From positions 71,931 through 135,930 of the forward strand of contig CAWGVG010000013.1 of the NCBI GenBank assembly GCA_963825865.1: a DNA stretch of 64,000 nucleotides. Direction: 5' to 3'. Positions 36,839 to 49,086 of this stretch are shown here, piece by piece; position 1 is the stretch's first letter; each line of letters starts with the position of its first letter. Source of the DNA: an uncultured Nitrososphaeraceae archaeon. Its GTDB lineage: Archaea > Thermoproteota > Nitrososphaeria > Nitrososphaerales > Nitrososphaeraceae. The position numbers and the translations under genes are program-made. The notes under the pieces are model-generated. The model searched no databases. It worked only from the letters and a program-made list of their open reading frames with translations, and was not told the DNA's origin.

Positions 36839-37472
36839 CAAGAAGAAGAAGAAGACAACAGCATAGGCTGTTTTCGATTTTTTTAATCTCTATATTCTCT
36901 TTTTTAGAGATCTGACCTGTAATCTTGGTTGCTTTGAAGATGTTGCTGGAAAAGCCCACGCAGAACAAGAAAGTAATGAATACTTCTAATCAGAAATTAC
37001 AAGCAATTTATGATACCCGGCAGACTTCATTAAAGTGGATTTTAGTAACTTAATTTGGCTATTTGGGATTTAACAAAGCAAAATTTGGTAGCTGAGTTGA
37101 TGGGCATATGCAGAAGTTACCGTCCGAAGCAGGGCTACGGATTTGAGAAATAGATTTGAGTTAAATTGAAAGCCATCATGACTACTATAATCCCTTTTTA
37201 ATTTATGGCTAATGGAACATAATAATACATGCGCATGAACGACCTCGTAATCTGCTCCTATATTGCCTCGCTTGAAGGTTAGACAGAAACGCAAAAAGAA
37301 AAAACCTGTTACTGGAATCGAGGACAAAAAGAGAGAAGATGAGGTCCATGAAGTACAGTATATAAAGTAAGATATATGAATATATATATATGCTAGGCAC
37401 GTATGTGTAAAGACGGCAGTAGCCCTAACAAAAACACGTAAACTTAAATAGAAACTAGGCCAGCTTTTTTCT

Positions 37473-39620
37473 TTGATTAACAGAATGGATGATGGTGATA
37501 TTGCTAAGAATAGAGTCCAGAATATATTCGACAACATTATTTCTAGCAAGGACAAAGTAATAACTGAAGAATCTGCTAAACAGATTTTAGCTAATTACGG
37601 AGTGAAGGTTCCAAGCTATGCGTTAGTTACAAATGCAGATGAGGCAGAAAAGAAAGCAAAGGAACTTGGCTTTCCGTTGGTTGCAAAAATTGTTTCCCCT
37701 CAGATTTTGCACAAGACTGATGTAAAGGGTGTCAAAGTTGGCCTAAATTCTGAATCGGAAGTTAGAGAGACTTTTAACGATATGTATAACAGGCTATCAA
37801 AGCAATATGATGTTAAGGGCATGCTTATTGAAAGGATGGTTCCGCCTGGCCTTGTTGAATTAATTGTTGGTCTACAAACGGATCCGCAGTTTGGACCAAT
37901 TATCATGGTTGGATTGGGTGGGATATTTACTGAAATTTTCAAAGACATAGCATTCAGAGTTCTTCCTATAACTAAACAAGATGCAATCGAAATGATTGAG
38001 AGCCTAAAAGGTAAGCAAATTTTAAAGGGTTTTAGAGGGTCTGAGCCGGTCAATATCGATGTTCTGAGCAACGCAATTGTGATGATCGGAAATTTAGGAA
38101 CCGATATGGCAACTTATTATGAGAGTATTGATTTTAATCCAGTAATTGTTTATCCAAACGACTATTGTGTAGTCGATGCTAAAATAATTTTGAGAGAAAT
38201 GCCAAATCCAGAGGCGATTTCCAAAATACAACCAGATTCTAGCTATATGGACTTATTTTTTAACGCTAAGTCAATAGCGCTGATAGGCGCATCTCCTGAA
38301 GTCGGCAAGGTGGGAAATTCTGTTCTTAACAGCCTTGTAAAGCACGACTACAAAGGTAAAGTCTATCCGGTCAATGCAAAGGGATATGCGGAAATTATGG
38401 GTATAAAAGCATTCAAAAGTCTTGATGATATAGCGGAGACTGTTGACGTTGTTGTAGTAACAGTTGACCTAAAATTTGTCCCTGACATACTAAAGAGCGC
38501 CGGCAGGAAGGGTATCCATAATATGGTAATTATCTCGGGTGGAGGAAAAGAGCTTGGTGGAGAACGAGCACTTATTGAACAACAAATAAAAGAACTATCG
38601 AGCCAATTGAAAGTCAGGATTATTGGACCTAACTGTATTGGAATGTTTAATGGTGAAAATCGTCTAGACTGTGCATTCCAAGGTCATGAAAGAATGATAA
38701 GGCCCAAGAATGGCAATGTTGGCTTCCTCTCCCAGAGTGGAACTGTCGGAATTGCCTTTATGGAAACTTCTGATGCATTTGGCATGAGCAAAATGGTTTC
38801 GTATGGCAATAGATCCGATGTGGATGAAGCAGACATGATATGGTATCTTTCTGAGGATCCTCAGACAAAGGTAATCGGACTATATGTAGAAGGACTCGGA
38901 GATGGGAGAAAATTTATGAATACTGCTAGGAAAGTAATCGCAGAAAGGGGGAAACCAATTGTCGTCTTTAAGAACGGCAGAACTACAAGAGGGGCCAAAC
39001 AAGCAGCTTCACATACTGGTTCACTCGGTGGTTCATATATGGTCGTCAAGGGTGCTTTTGACCAAACAGGAATTATTTCTGTCAACAGTTATGAAGAACT
39101 TACTGGGTCTCTCAAGGCTCTAACTTGGCAGCCTATTCCAAATGGAAACAGGGTTGCAATGGTAACAAACGGAGCAGGTCCAATTATTGCAGCCATAGAT
39201 CACTTTGAAACTCTTGGTCTGCAAATTGCAGAAATTAGTGAGCAGACAAAAGATGCATTCAAAAAGCACTACCCGCCGACATATATAACTGGCAATCCCT
39301 GTGACATTACGGGCTCCGCAAATGCTGATGACTTTAGATTTGCAATCCAGACATTTATGGATGACCCAAATGTTGATATCATCATGCCATGGTTTGTATT
39401 TCAGGATGACCCATTAGAAGAAAGCATTGTAGACGTACTTGCAAATTTCCAGAAGCAAAAGAAAAAGCCAATATTAGTGGGCGCTATGGGAGGACCGTTT
39501 ACCGAGAAGGTCTCCAAGCGTACTGAAGATGCAAATGTACCTGTCTACTTCTCCGTAATTACATGGGTGACTGCAGCTGCCAGCCTTGCGAAATGGTCAA
39601 AAGTAAGAAGTCAAAAATAA
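37473..39620 (+). CDS. ADP-forming acyl-CoA synthetase, probably 3-hydroxypropionyl-CoA ligase (3HP/4HB cycle)
   Basis: N-terminal ATP-grasp (SPQILHKTD), then CoA-binding domain (IGAS, GPNCIG, SQSG, SHTGSL); order and N-terminus KVITEES.K.IL..YGVKVP match, from memory, the thaumarchaeal 3HP-CoA ligase. Confidence 0.8.
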   Translation: MINRMDDGDIAKNRVQNIFDNIISSKDKVITEESAKQILANYGVKVPSYALVTNADEAEKKAKELGFPLVAKIVSPQILHKTDVKGVKVGLNSESEVRETFNDMYNRLSKQYDVKGMLIERMVPPGLVELIVGLQTDPQFGPIIMVGLGGIFTEIFKDIAFRVLPITKQDAIEMIESLKGKQILKGFRGSEPVNIDVLSNAIVMIGNLGTDMATYYESIDFNPVIVYPNDYCVVDAKIILREMPNPEAISKIQPDSSYMDLFFNAKSIALIGASPEVGKVGNSVLNSLVKHDYKGKVYPVNAKGYAEIMGIKAFKSLDDIAETVDVVVVTVDLKFVPDILKSAGRKGIHNMVIISGGGKELGGERALIEQQIKELSSQLKVRIIGPNCIGMFNGENRLDCAFQGHERMIRPKNGNVGFLSQSGTVGIAFMETSDAFGMSKMVSYGNRSDVDEADMIWYLSEDPQTKVIGLYVEGLGDGRKFMNTARKVIAERGKPIVVFKNGRTTRGAKQAASHTGSLGGSYMVVKGAFDQTGIISVNSYEELTGSLKALTWQPIPNGNRVAMVTNGAGPIIAAIDHFETLGLQIAEISEQTKDAFKKHYPPTYITGNPCDITGSANADDFRFAIQTFMDDPNVDIIMPWFVFQDDPLEESIVDVLANFQKQKKKPILVGAMGGPFTEKVSKRTEDANVPVYFSVITWVTAAASLAKWSKVRSQK

Positions 39621-39761
39621 CAACAACAACATCAGCAACAAAAAGGATATCTATTCGAAGCAAGCACCGGAACTCAGTTATTTTTTTAATGATACTATCT
39701 ATTTGTTATAGGTTTTTAAAGGAAAAAGTTATTATATTTTATTAACTAAGGTTTAATAGAA

Positions 39762-40112
39762 ATGGAAAGCACACAACAGACCCAAAATATAACGATAACA
39801 TCAAAGGCGGCCGAGAAAGTTGCCGAATTTATGAAACAAGAAGGCAAGGATAACCTTCTTCTTAGAGTGTATGTATCCGGAGGAGGTTGCTCTGGTTTAT
39901 CTTATGGTATGGGTTTTGAAGAAAACCCTGATGATGATGACCAGGTCATAGAGCAAAATGGAGTAAGAGTTCTTGTTGATAATTATAGTCAAAGGTACTT
40001 AAAAGGCGCGAACATAGACTACATCGACAGCCTAATGGGCTCTGGGTTCAAAATCAACAACCCTAATGTCACCAAAAGCTGCTCTTGTGGACACTCATTT
40101 AGCACTGAATAA
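39762..40112 (+). CDS. A-type Fe-S carrier (IscA/ErpA/HesB)
   Basis: GGGCSGLSY, CSCGHSF. Confidence 0.92.
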   Translation: MESTQQTQNITITSKAAEKVAEFMKQEGKDNLLLRVYVSGGGCSGLSYGMGFEENPDDDDQVIEQNGVRVLVDNYSQRYLKGANIDYIDSLMGSGFKINNPNVTKSCSCGHSFSTE

Positions 40113-40176
40113 AAAAGGCATTTTTTTGGGAATCTTCACTTTAAATGGCCAAAAGGCTCCCTTTGATAGACCATCT

Positions 40177-41452
40177 TTAAGGCCAAATCCCTCTAATTTT
40201 TAAAGCTTCGACTACCCTATTTACGGCTAGCAGAGTACTTGCCTTACGCATGTCGACCCCATATTTTTCATGTGTGTCGTAAACGTCTAGAAACGCTTTT
40301 GTAATATTCCTATCAAGCCTTTCGTTTACGTCATTCTCACTCCAGTATTCTCTCCTAAGGTTTTGTAGCCACTCAAAATATGAAACTGTAACTCCGCCTC
40401 CGTTCGCTAGGACGTCTGGAATCACCAAGACTTTATTTTTGAATAAAGTAGCATCAGCTTCTGGTGTTGTAGGACCATTTGCAGCTTCGGCCATAATCTT
40501 GGCACCTATTTTTCCTGCATTTTTCTTGGTAATTTGGTTTTCAAGCGCCGGCTGGTATTAATATAGTGCATTCTGTTTCAAGCAGATCTTCATTACTGAT
40601 TGATTTTGCTCCTGAGAATCCTATCACTGAACCGCTCTTTTCTTTGTGTTTTCGTAGGGTACCAACTTGAAGACCATTCTTATTGTGCACTCCTCCTTGC
40701 GAATCTGATACGGCTACGATTTTGGCCCCTTGCTCTTCTATTAGTTGAGCCGCAAACTGACCAGCGTTGCCGAACCCTTGGACAGCCACAGTCGCAGTTT
40801 TCATATTAATTTTCAGTTTCTTTGCAGCTTCTCTTACTGTGAACGATAAGCCCCTGCCCGTTGCTTCGTTTCTTCCTAGTGAACCCCCGATTGCAAGGGG
40901 CTTGCCTGTTATGAGCTCCGGTTGCACAAAATTACCCTTGAGCGCAGAATATGTATCCATGATCCAAGCCATTTCCTTGCCGCCTGTATAAACGTCCGGA
41001 GCAGGAATGTCTGTATGAGGGCCTATAATGTCTGAGATAGCATACGCATATCGCCTCGTCATACGTTCAAGTTCGCCTTCAGACATTTCCTTTGGATTGC
41101 AGATAATTCCTCCCTTGCCTCCACCATAGGGAATCTCCGCAATAGCACATTTCCAAGTCATCCACATAGAAAGGGCTTTCACCTCATCAATAGTGACTTG
41201 AGGATGATACCGAATACCACCTTTGTAAGGGCCACGGGCATCGTTATGTTGAGATCTAAATCCAGTAAAAACCGCTATTTCCCCGTTATCCATCCTGGTA
41301 GGAACTGAAACGGTCAGCACTCGTTTTGGATGCGCTAAAATTTTATGCATACCATTGTCAAGCTTTATCAACTTAGCCGCCTCGTCCAGTTGTTCAAGAG
41401 CAACTTCGAAGGGATTTATTTTCGTCACACTGCTATTGGTCGATTCTGACAT
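40177..41452 (-). CDS. gdhA: Glutamate dehydrogenase; frameshift near 40545
   Basis: [45 protein letters not shown]. Confidence 0.92.
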
Positions 41453-41534
41453 TACAATGTTCTGAAAAAACCTGGCGTATTTAAGCATTGAAGCAGTTTT
41501 TTATTCCATTGTTGAATATTATTCCATATTATTG

Positions 41535-41948
41535 CTATGTTTCTTCCGTCGTTTGGCCAGCTCCGACTTTAATCCTTTCTAAAATCAACAAACGTAGTTG
41601 TTCATCAGATTGACCCGTATGTTTAACACCTAGCGAGTTTGCAATGACCTCGAGTTTTTCACGCTCAGAATTGACCGGTGCAGTTATTTTTGGCAACATA
41701 ACATATCTTTTTGGATCTTCTATTGCTTCTGCTGCATTTTCCATTTCTCTCCTAAATGATTGCTTAGCTTTTTCATATTCGCCCGATGCCCTTCCTATGG
41801 CTCTAGAGAATTCTGGTAACTTTTTAGAACCAAATAATAAAAACAGAGCCATCAGTATTATGATTATCCATTCGCTTCCACCAATATTCATTTGCAAAAT
41901 TGAGAGTGCCATATTAACCATCCATCCATATAGATTGTTACACTGCAA
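41535..41948 (-). CDS. tatA: Twin-arginine translocase TatA/E-like subunit
   Basis: IG..EWIII..LLFGSKKLPE..RAIG. Confidence 0.8.
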   Translation of the reverse strand: MQCNNLYGWMVNMALSILQMNIGGSEWIIIILMALFLLFGSKKLPEFSRAIGRASGEYEKAKQSFRREMENAAEAIEDPKRYVMLPKITAPVNSEREKLEVIANSLGVKHTGQSDEQLRLLILERIKVGAGQTTEET

Positions 41949-42186
41949 TTAAACTTTGATGCGACTTTGAATTTCGAGATTTCGAGTTTGGTATAATGCG
42001 TACCTGAGATAGAGTAAATCAAACCGGAATTAAGTCAGGAATATAATACATCTCCTCTGCGTTATTTCAAGAAAAATCAATCTGTCTTTATCTTATAAAA
42101 TAAACGGTTATCTATCGCTGTCTTGCTCCACCAACATAAAAAATATCCATTACAGATAAATTTACCAGTAATGATGTCAGATTCTA

Positions 42187-43470
42187 ATGAGCGTTAGCAA
42201 TATAAAAATTATCTACGTTTTGCTTGATGGTGTTGGGGATCTGCCACATTCCTCATTAAATGACTTGACTCCTCTTGATGCAGCTTATACTCCGAATTTG
42301 GATTCCTTGGCTAGAAATGGATGTATGGGTCAAGTTATCAGCGTGGGAAGAGGAATTGCGCCACAATCTGACATCGCTGTATTTAATATGCTTGGGTATA
42401 GTTTCAAAGAAGGAAACTATGTCGGTAGAGGAGTAATAGAATCAATTGGATGTAATATCGATTTCCGTAACGGAGATCTTGCACTACGTGGCAATTTTGC
42501 AACTGTCGACAGGAATCTACACATAACTGATAGGAGAGCAGGTAGAAACATTCGCAAAGAAGAAGCCCTTTCGATTTGCAAAACTTTGCGAGAGAAAATC
42601 AGATTGAGTGATAAAAATGCGTCATTTGCTATAGAACCCACAATTGCCCATCGGGTAATTATTAGATTTAGACATGACAAACTCAAACTATCCGATAAGA
42701 TTACGAATACAGATCCTGCCTATGACAAGATTGCTGGTATTGGAATAGCAAAGCCCGCAGCCGCAATTAACAAGTTTATAGAAAAGTCAAAAGCACTGGA
42801 AAATACGGAGTCTTCAAGGACTTCTGCAAAATTGGTCAATGAATTCTCTGGACAGGTCATAGAATTGCTAAAAGATCATCCTGTTAATAACCACCGTGTC
42901 AACTCAGGACACAAACCCATCAATGCTATTCTTGCCCGTGATGCAGGTAACACATATCCAAAAGTAGAACCAATTAGAAAAAAATATGGAATCAACATAG
43001 CATGCATTGTAGATATGCCAGTAGAAATTGGAATTTCGAAAGTCTTAGGCATGAGAGCATTCAAGGCAGGTAATATCAATAATTATGAACAAAAGGCAAT
43101 AGTCGCGGCCAAAATCCTGGAAAATTTTGATGCCGTATATGTTCACATCAAGGGGCCGGACGAATTTGGCCATGACGGTGATGCAAAAGGCAAAAAGAAA
43201 AATATTGAAGAAATTGACAAACTTTTCTTTGGGACACTCATAAAAATGTTGAAAGTAAATGAACCGACAATAATTATTTCTGGAGATCATTCAACACCTT
43301 GTATAAAGGAAGGACATAGTGATGATCCTGTTCCCCTCTTACTTTCGGGAAATAAAGCAAGAAGAGATGGAAGTGCTAGATTCACGGAAAGATATGCTTC
43401 AAAAGGCAGTATGGGAATGCTTTTGGGTGCGGATGTATTAACTACTGCAATAGACGCTATAACAAAGTAG
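42187..43470 (+). CDS. apgM: 2,3-BPG-independent phosphoglycerate mutase (archaeal type)
   Basis: LDGVGD, TPNLD, DRRAGR, HIKGPDEFGHDG, GDHSTP. Confidence 0.9.
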   Translation: MSVSNIKIIYVLLDGVGDLPHSSLNDLTPLDAAYTPNLDSLARNGCMGQVISVGRGIAPQSDIAVFNMLGYSFKEGNYVGRGVIESIGCNIDFRNGDLALRGNFATVDRNLHITDRRAGRNIRKEEALSICKTLREKIRLSDKNASFAIEPTIAHRVIIRFRHDKLKLSDKITNTDPAYDKIAGIGIAKPAAAINKFIEKSKALENTESSRTSAKLVNEFSGQVIELLKDHPVNNHRVNSGHKPINAILARDAGNTYPKVEPIRKKYGINIACIVDMPVEIGISKVLGMRAFKAGNINNYEQKAIVAAKILENFDAVYVHIKGPDEFGHDGDAKGKKKNIEEIDKLFFGTLIKMLKVNEPTIIISGDHSTPCIKEGHSDDPVPLLLSGNKARRDGSARFTERYASKGSMGMLLGADVLTTAIDAITK

Positions 43471-43944
43471 TAAATAAACCACTTACTGAGAGACGGTAGG
43501 GAATGGAATCTTACCTTTCATTGATAAGATATCTACAGGATATCCACTGCCCATATTATATGGCAGTGGAAGGAATAACATCGTATTATGCCGCCATTTG
43601 ACATATTGTCTTCTGGGGATAAGTAAGTAAGATGGCCATTAATTATAAGCACCCATTAAGTGTTTAGACAAAAGTAATTTTTTCACGGTAACAATTGTCG
43701 ATTTTATAAACGGACTATGAGGACTAGAATTAGCCAGTTTTTCCAGAGACACCAATTCACTATTCATGATTATCAAAGGCTTACCAGGGTTTTCCTTTCT
43801 TGTATTTATGTAAGTTTCCAGATCGTTGCATTAAAGTTCTATTTCTAATATGACTTGAAAGGTGGGGTGCTAGAGGAAGCCGAAGCCTTTTAGCCTTTCT
43901 TACTATTATAGACAGTTTCTAAATGAGAATTTATGGACATAAAC

Positions 43945-44352
43945 TTATACTCGCCCATCCTTTAAAATGACTTCACATTGTTCACATACCTTTTCGTCTA
44001 TATGGGATTCTATACTACGATGAACGTCACAGATAATGAATGTATAGCGCATATAGTTACACAACTGGAAAAACTTGGCCATGGTGCTTGGTGTGTATGC
44101 TTTGTTTGAGGCAAGATCTGTTGCAATGTCATCAATCATGCGCATTACTTCATATATCGAGCCAAGCTTTGAGATCAGTTCGATGTCACCCCTGGTGCCT
44201 CTTATGTAGTTGCTTACAGCTGCTTGAGTAATACCAAGTACTTTGGCTACAACTTCTTCCTTGAGATCGTATTCGTTGATAAGTTTTCTTGCTAGAATCG
44301 CTCTAATGGCTGGAATTAACGATTTAGCCTCAATTTCGGAAGGTAATAGCAT
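43945..44352 (-). CDS. Archaeal HTH transcriptional regulator with C-terminal Cys cluster
   Basis: LPSEIEAK..IPAIRA, VAKVLGITQAAVSNY, C..H..C..C. Confidence 0.8.
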   Translation of the reverse strand: MLLPSEIEAKSLIPAIRAILARKLINEYDLKEEVVAKVLGITQAAVSNYIRGTRGDIELISKLGSIYEVMRMIDDIATDLASNKAYTPSTMAKFFQLCNYMRYTFIICDVHRSIESHIDEKVCEQCEVILKDGRV

Positions 44353-44628
44353 TCTAATTGCTGCCAGTATAAATTGTATGGGTTATTATATAAAAGGATT
44401 CTTTCACAGAAAGGTAGTTTCTCAAAAGGTGTTATTTGTTTCTTGTCAGATCAACAAAATTTAGCAATTGCATAGTCGTCTCGGCGAACTGTTGGCTGTT
44501 GCAAATCAAATATTATTAAGGTATCAAGACAAATTTAAATATAAACGCTGGCTTTGATTTTACTATCAACATGCCTAATTGTTCTCTATACTTTCTCTTA
44601 TTGAAGTCATACGGAGGATGTACATAAC

Positions 44629-45709
44629 ATGAGCACAAAGTTTGGTTTCACGCAAGGTCTCAACGTTGCGAGGTTAGGATTAGATGAAACTCAGGTGACT
44701 ACAGCGTGTCAAATTGCCGACAGGATGGATTATGACTCTGTTTGGGCCATGGATCATTCCAATGTTCCGCAATGGAAGAATGCAGTCGTCAATGATGCAT
44801 GGATTATGCTTGCGGCTATCGGAGCAGTTACACATCATGTTGAATTAGGTACTTGTGTTACTGACGCTATTAGGAGACATCCGTCTGCCATCGCGCTTTC
44901 TACTATTACTCTAGATAGAATCACAAAAGGTAGGGCTATATTAGGAATTGGAGCCGGTGAGGCACAGAATGTTGTTGACTTCGGTATAGAATTCGATAAG
45001 CCTGTTACAAAATTCAAAGAACAATTAGAAGTAATACATAGACTTTTTGAATCTACACCTGATAACCATGTCAACTATGATGGTCAATATTACAAATTAA
45101 ACAATGCAAGTCTACAGGCTAATAGTATTCGTAAACCTAGACCCCCTATTTACATAGCAGCAGGTGCTCCAAAAACCCTTGAATTATGCGCAAAATATGG
45201 TGATGGCTGGATTCCTATTGGTTACACACCAGAATTATTCAAACATCATGCAAACATAATTAGACAACATGCCAAGAAAGCTGAAAGAGATATTTCAGGA
45301 TTTCAGTTTGCTAATGATGTTGACGTTTACTTCACTGATGATGGAGAAGAGGCTTGGAATAAAATGAGGAATGCAGTAAAAGTTAGCCTATTTAAACCGG
45401 AACTGTTGAAAGTTCATAATATACCCCAAGACTCAGAGTTTGATTTTCGTAGATACTTTACAGAATATGCAATGAACAAACCAGAACTAATGGATCAAAT
45501 GAAGAAAGGCAGCATTGAAAATACCAGATAGTGTTGCTAGAACAGCAATTGGCGTGGGAAAACCAGATGACGTAATTCATATGCTGGAGAGATTCATTAA
45601 AGCTACCACAAATCATTTTATCATCAGGTTCTGGGGCGAAGGGTATTTTAAGAATATTGAAATGTTCGGCAATAAAGTCATACCTTATTTCAGAGATCAG
45701 GAGAAGTAA
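44629..45709 (+). CDS. LLM-class (likely F420-dependent) oxidoreductase; frameshift near 45510
   Basis: DSVWAMDH, LGTCVT, GRAILGIGAGE, PPIYIAA..P, DGWIP. Confidence 0.85.
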
Positions 45710-45712
45710 TAA

Positions 45713-46840
45713 TCAGGTTTTAATGTATAAATCAAGAGAAGGAGCCGGAACCTTCTTTTTGCCTTTTTGCCTTTTCAAACCAGTGTTTGTGATAGAATCT
45801 GCATCAAAGCCCATTTTTCGAAGTGATGATGCAAAATCCGCAGAGAAACCGTGAAATGTATAGATCTTATCTGGATTACATCTCTTTACCACATCGACAA
45901 GTTCACTAAAATCACAATGATCGCTGAGAGGCAATGTATAATCTAGACCCATCATAAATTTGTAACCAGTGTTAACCGCCCATCCGCTAAAACCTATGGT
46001 TATTGCTCCGTACCTTTCTTTGATATATTTTACAAAGTTGCTTCTAGCATGGATTAAAGGTGTAATCATCACCCAGGGTTTATTCTTAGAAAGTAATCCT
46101 TTTTTTTCGGCTATAGAATATTTGGCCAAATTCCTTAAGGGAATGCCTAGTTCTTTGTAAATGGAGTTCATATTATAAACCGAATCATGCACATATACAG
46201 GATCCCAATGACTAAAGAGGTCGGTTAATAGTTGAGCCTTTCCTAGAGGATAACCCATCAAGACAACAGGAATACCAAGATCATACATTTCAGAAATAAT
46301 TTTGTTAGTTTTATGAATAATTTCTGTTATCTTGGGGAACGTATATTCTGGCCGGCCGAATGTTGATTCTATTACTAGCGTATTCGTTGCAGAAGGAATA
46401 AGTGCTGGTCTCATAAAAGCCCTCTCTCTGATCGAAATATCTGCTGTATAATAAACTTCATCGCCTATTAACAACCCTTTAGAACCCACTATATGTCCCG
46501 TGTCAATAAGCTGAAAGCCTTCACATTCATCAGTCACATCATGCAATGTATATCCTCTAGCTTGAGCAATTAACGAAGTTGCCTTTGATACAAGAGTCTT
46601 GCCCTTGAAATTATCTTTTCCTGCTTTTTTTTTATATAAATGATCTGTATGTGCATGAGAAACAAAAGTCAAGTCACAACTTATCTCTCTACTGGGATCA
46701 AGCGATATTTTTTTACCACCGCTTGAGACAATAATACCACATTCAGAAAAGGTAACATGGGCTGGCACCTTGGCAGTTGTATTTTTGATTATAACTTGTA
46801 TTTGAACATTAAGAGAATCAAAGTTCTCAAAAATAGACAT
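45713..46840 (-). CDS. Metallo-beta-lactamase (beta-CASP-like) nuclease
   Basis: SHAHTDH, GHIVGS, ESTFG, GKAQ, SDHCD, FHGF. Confidence 0.8.
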   Translation of the reverse strand: MSIFENFDSLNVQIQVIIKNTTAKVPAHVTFSECGIIVSSGGKKISLDPSREISCDLTFVSHAHTDHLYKKKAGKDNFKGKTLVSKATSLIAQARGYTLHDVTDECEGFQLIDTGHIVGSKGLLIGDEVYYTADISIRERAFMRPALIPSATNTLVIESTFGRPEYTFPKITEIIHKTNKIISEMYDLGIPVVLMGYPLGKAQLLTDLFSHWDPVYVHDSVYNMNSIYKELGIPLRNLAKYSIAEKKGLLSKNKPWVMITPLIHARSNFVKYIKERYGAITIGFSGWAVNTGYKFMMGLDYTLPLSDHCDFSELVDVVKRCNPDKIYTFHGFSADFASSLRKMGFDADSITNTGLKRQKGKKKVPAPSLDLYIKT

Positions 46841-46854
46841 GAATAAATATCGTA

Positions 46855-47520
46855 TTGCTGTGGGTATATAAGAGTGGCATTAGCTTATTTAAATTATCTT
46901 TGTTAAAGCTTGGAATATTGATTTCTGGCAGGGGGAGCAATATGCAATCTATTTTATCCGCAATAGAATCAGGCACAATAAAAAATGTTGAACCATCAGT
47001 CGTTATTTCTAATAGACCAAATGCAGCAGGACTCATAGTCGCTATTGAAAAGTTCAAAGTTCCTAGCATTGTAGTCTCAAGCAACGGCACAAAAGGTTGG
47101 GATTATGACAAAAGGATTGTTTCGGTTATGCATCAATATGGAGTAACCCCTGAATCTGGTTTGATTTGTTTGGCAGGATTTATGCGCATCATTAGTGCTG
47201 AGTTTGTAAGACAATACAAAATGCGTATAATGAATATCCATCCTGCTCTTCTTCCGTCATTTCCTGGACTTCATGCGCAAAAACAGGCAATAGAATATGG
47301 TGTCAAAGTATCTGGATGCACAGTCCATTTTGTAGATGAAGGAATCGATTCTGGTCCCATTTTACTTCAGAAAGCCGTTCCTGTTTTAGATGGGGATACA
47401 GAAGAAACGCTTTCTTCAAAGATTTTGAAAGAAGAACATAAACTCTATGCCGAAAGTGTCAGATTATTTGCTGAAGGTAAAATCATAGTGAATGGACGTA
47501 AAGTATCCATACAAAATTAG
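46855..47520 (+). CDS. purN: Phosphoribosylglycinamide formyltransferase
   Basis: SGRGSN, LAGFMRI, NIHPALLPSF, GCTVHFVDEGIDSGPI. Confidence 0.93.
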   Translation: MLWVYKSGISLFKLSLLKLGILISGRGSNMQSILSAIESGTIKNVEPSVVISNRPNAAGLIVAIEKFKVPSIVVSSNGTKGWDYDKRIVSVMHQYGVTPESGLICLAGFMRIISAEFVRQYKMRIMNIHPALLPSFPGLHAQKQAIEYGVKVSGCTVHFVDEGIDSGPILLQKAVPVLDGDTEETLSSKILKEEHKLYAESVRLFAEGKIIVNGRKVSIQN

Positions 47521-47603
47521 TATCCTTGCTATAAGTTAAAATTTTATTTGTTAACGTTATAGGTTAACGCTAAATAATTGTAGTAAGTAGTATTTTTCTG
47601 ATA

Positions 47604-48482
47604 ATGTGTATGACAGGAAAGATAATTGATGGTCTAGCCGTAGCATTAGACGTAAGCTCTAGAGTCAAACAAGCTGTCGGTGAGCTAAAAAAAAGACGTG
47701 ACGTAATACCATGTCTTGCAACGATACTCGTTGGAGACGATCCTGCTTCATCTACATACGTAAAAAATAAACAAAAAGCAGCTGAGACAGTTGGAATTAT
47801 CACGCGCGATCACAGGCTGTCGTCTTCTTACAAGCAAAATGAATTGATGGAACTTATCAAGCTATTAAACCAAGACTTTCATGTACATGGTATTCTTGTC
47901 CAACTTCCACTTCCTTCACATTTCGATGAGTTCACGCTAGTCAGTCTCATAAATCCAAACAAAGATGTTGATGGATTGACTCCATTCAACGCTGGAATGT
48001 TATTAAATGGAAAGGGAAATTTAAAACCCTGTACTCCATCTGGAATAATAGAACTATTAGATTTTTATAAAATTGATGTCAATAGAATGGATGCTGTAAT
48101 AGTTAACCGCAGTAATTTGGTTGGAAAACCTCTTGCATTACTTTTATTGGAGCGAAATGCTACAGTGACCATATGTCATTCGAAAACAAAAGGACTTGAT
48201 GAAAAGTTAAAAAATGCTGATTTGATAGTTACTGCAGTCGGTGATAGGGAACGTTTTATACTCACACAGGATATGGTAAAGAATGATGCCGTGGTTATTG
48301 ACGTCGGGATTACAAGGGATAACGGAAAGTTAATGGGTGATGTTGATTTTCACGCAGTCAGAGAAAAAGTATCTTGGATTACACCAGTGCCGGGTGGTGT
48401 CGGCCCTATGACGGTATCTATGTTACTAAAGAATACCATTTCTGCAGCATTGTCTATAATCGAAGAAGAGATGAATCAATAG
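47604..48482 (+). CDS. folD: Methylene-THF dehydrogenase/cyclohydrolase
   Basis: YVKNK, GILVQLPLP, KDVDG, PCTP, TPVPGGVGPMT. Confidence 0.95.
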   Translation: MCMTGKIIDGLAVALDVSSRVKQAVGELKKRRDVIPCLATILVGDDPASSTYVKNKQKAAETVGIITRDHRLSSSYKQNELMELIKLLNQDFHVHGILVQLPLPSHFDEFTLVSLINPNKDVDGLTPFNAGMLLNGKGNLKPCTPSGIIELLDFYKIDVNRMDAVIVNRSNLVGKPLALLLLERNATVTICHSKTKGLDEKLKNADLIVTAVGDRERFILTQDMVKNDAVVIDVGITRDNGKLMGDVDFHAVREKVSWITPVPGGVGPMTVSMLLKNTISAALSIIEEEMNQ

Positions 48483-48501
48483 ATCTGAAATTAAGGTAAT
48501 C

Positions 48502-49086
48502 ATGATTAAAAGCACTATCCGCAAACGAATACTTGAAAAACGAAACTCATTATCAAATATCGAAATCTCTAATAACAGCAGTGTAATTCAGAACCGAATT
48601 GTAAATTCTTCTGAGTTTAAATTATCCAATGTTATAGCAGCATATTTCCCAACTGGTTCAGAAGTTAGAACACAGTATATTATGTACGCTGTTTTGAAAA
48701 ATCATAAAGTTTTAGCGTTACCCAGGACAGAACGAGATGAAATTGTTTTTTGTCAAGTCTCAAAAGTAGATATTGCGGAAGATAAATTAATCAGTGGAAG
48801 ATTTGGAATTAAAGAACCTGCACAGTCATCCAATATTGTTGAAACTATGGATTTATTAATTGTACCTGGACTTGCTTTTGACAGAAATGGATATAGACTT
48901 GGTTATGGAAAAGGATACTATGACAGATTCATTGCAAACAAGAAGTCTCTTTTTTTCTCAATGGGACTAGCATTTGAATTTCAATTATTAGATAATGATC
49001 TCCCACGTTGTGATTTTGATCAGAAAATTGACGCTGTTACTACGGAAAAAAGGACGCTGGTTTTCTCACATGCGAGTGCTTTCTAG
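48502..49086 (+). CDS. 5-formyltetrahydrofolate cyclo-ligase
   Basis: FGIKEP, VPGLAFD..GYRLGYGKGYYDR. Confidence 0.92.
   Translation: MIKSTIRKRILEKRNSLSNIEISNNSSVIQNRIVNSSEFKLSNVIAAYFPTGSEVRTQYIMYAVLKNHKVLALPRTERDEIVFCQVSKVDIAEDKLISGRFGIKEPAQSSNIVETMDLLIVPGLAFDRNGYRLGYGKGYYDRFIANKKSLFFSMGLAFEFQLLDNDLPRCDFDQKIDAVTTEKRTLVFSHASAF

Noticed and set aside
37070-37555. 161 aa minus-strand ORF
   Set aside because: Overlaps the ligase start and promoter region; composition not protein-like
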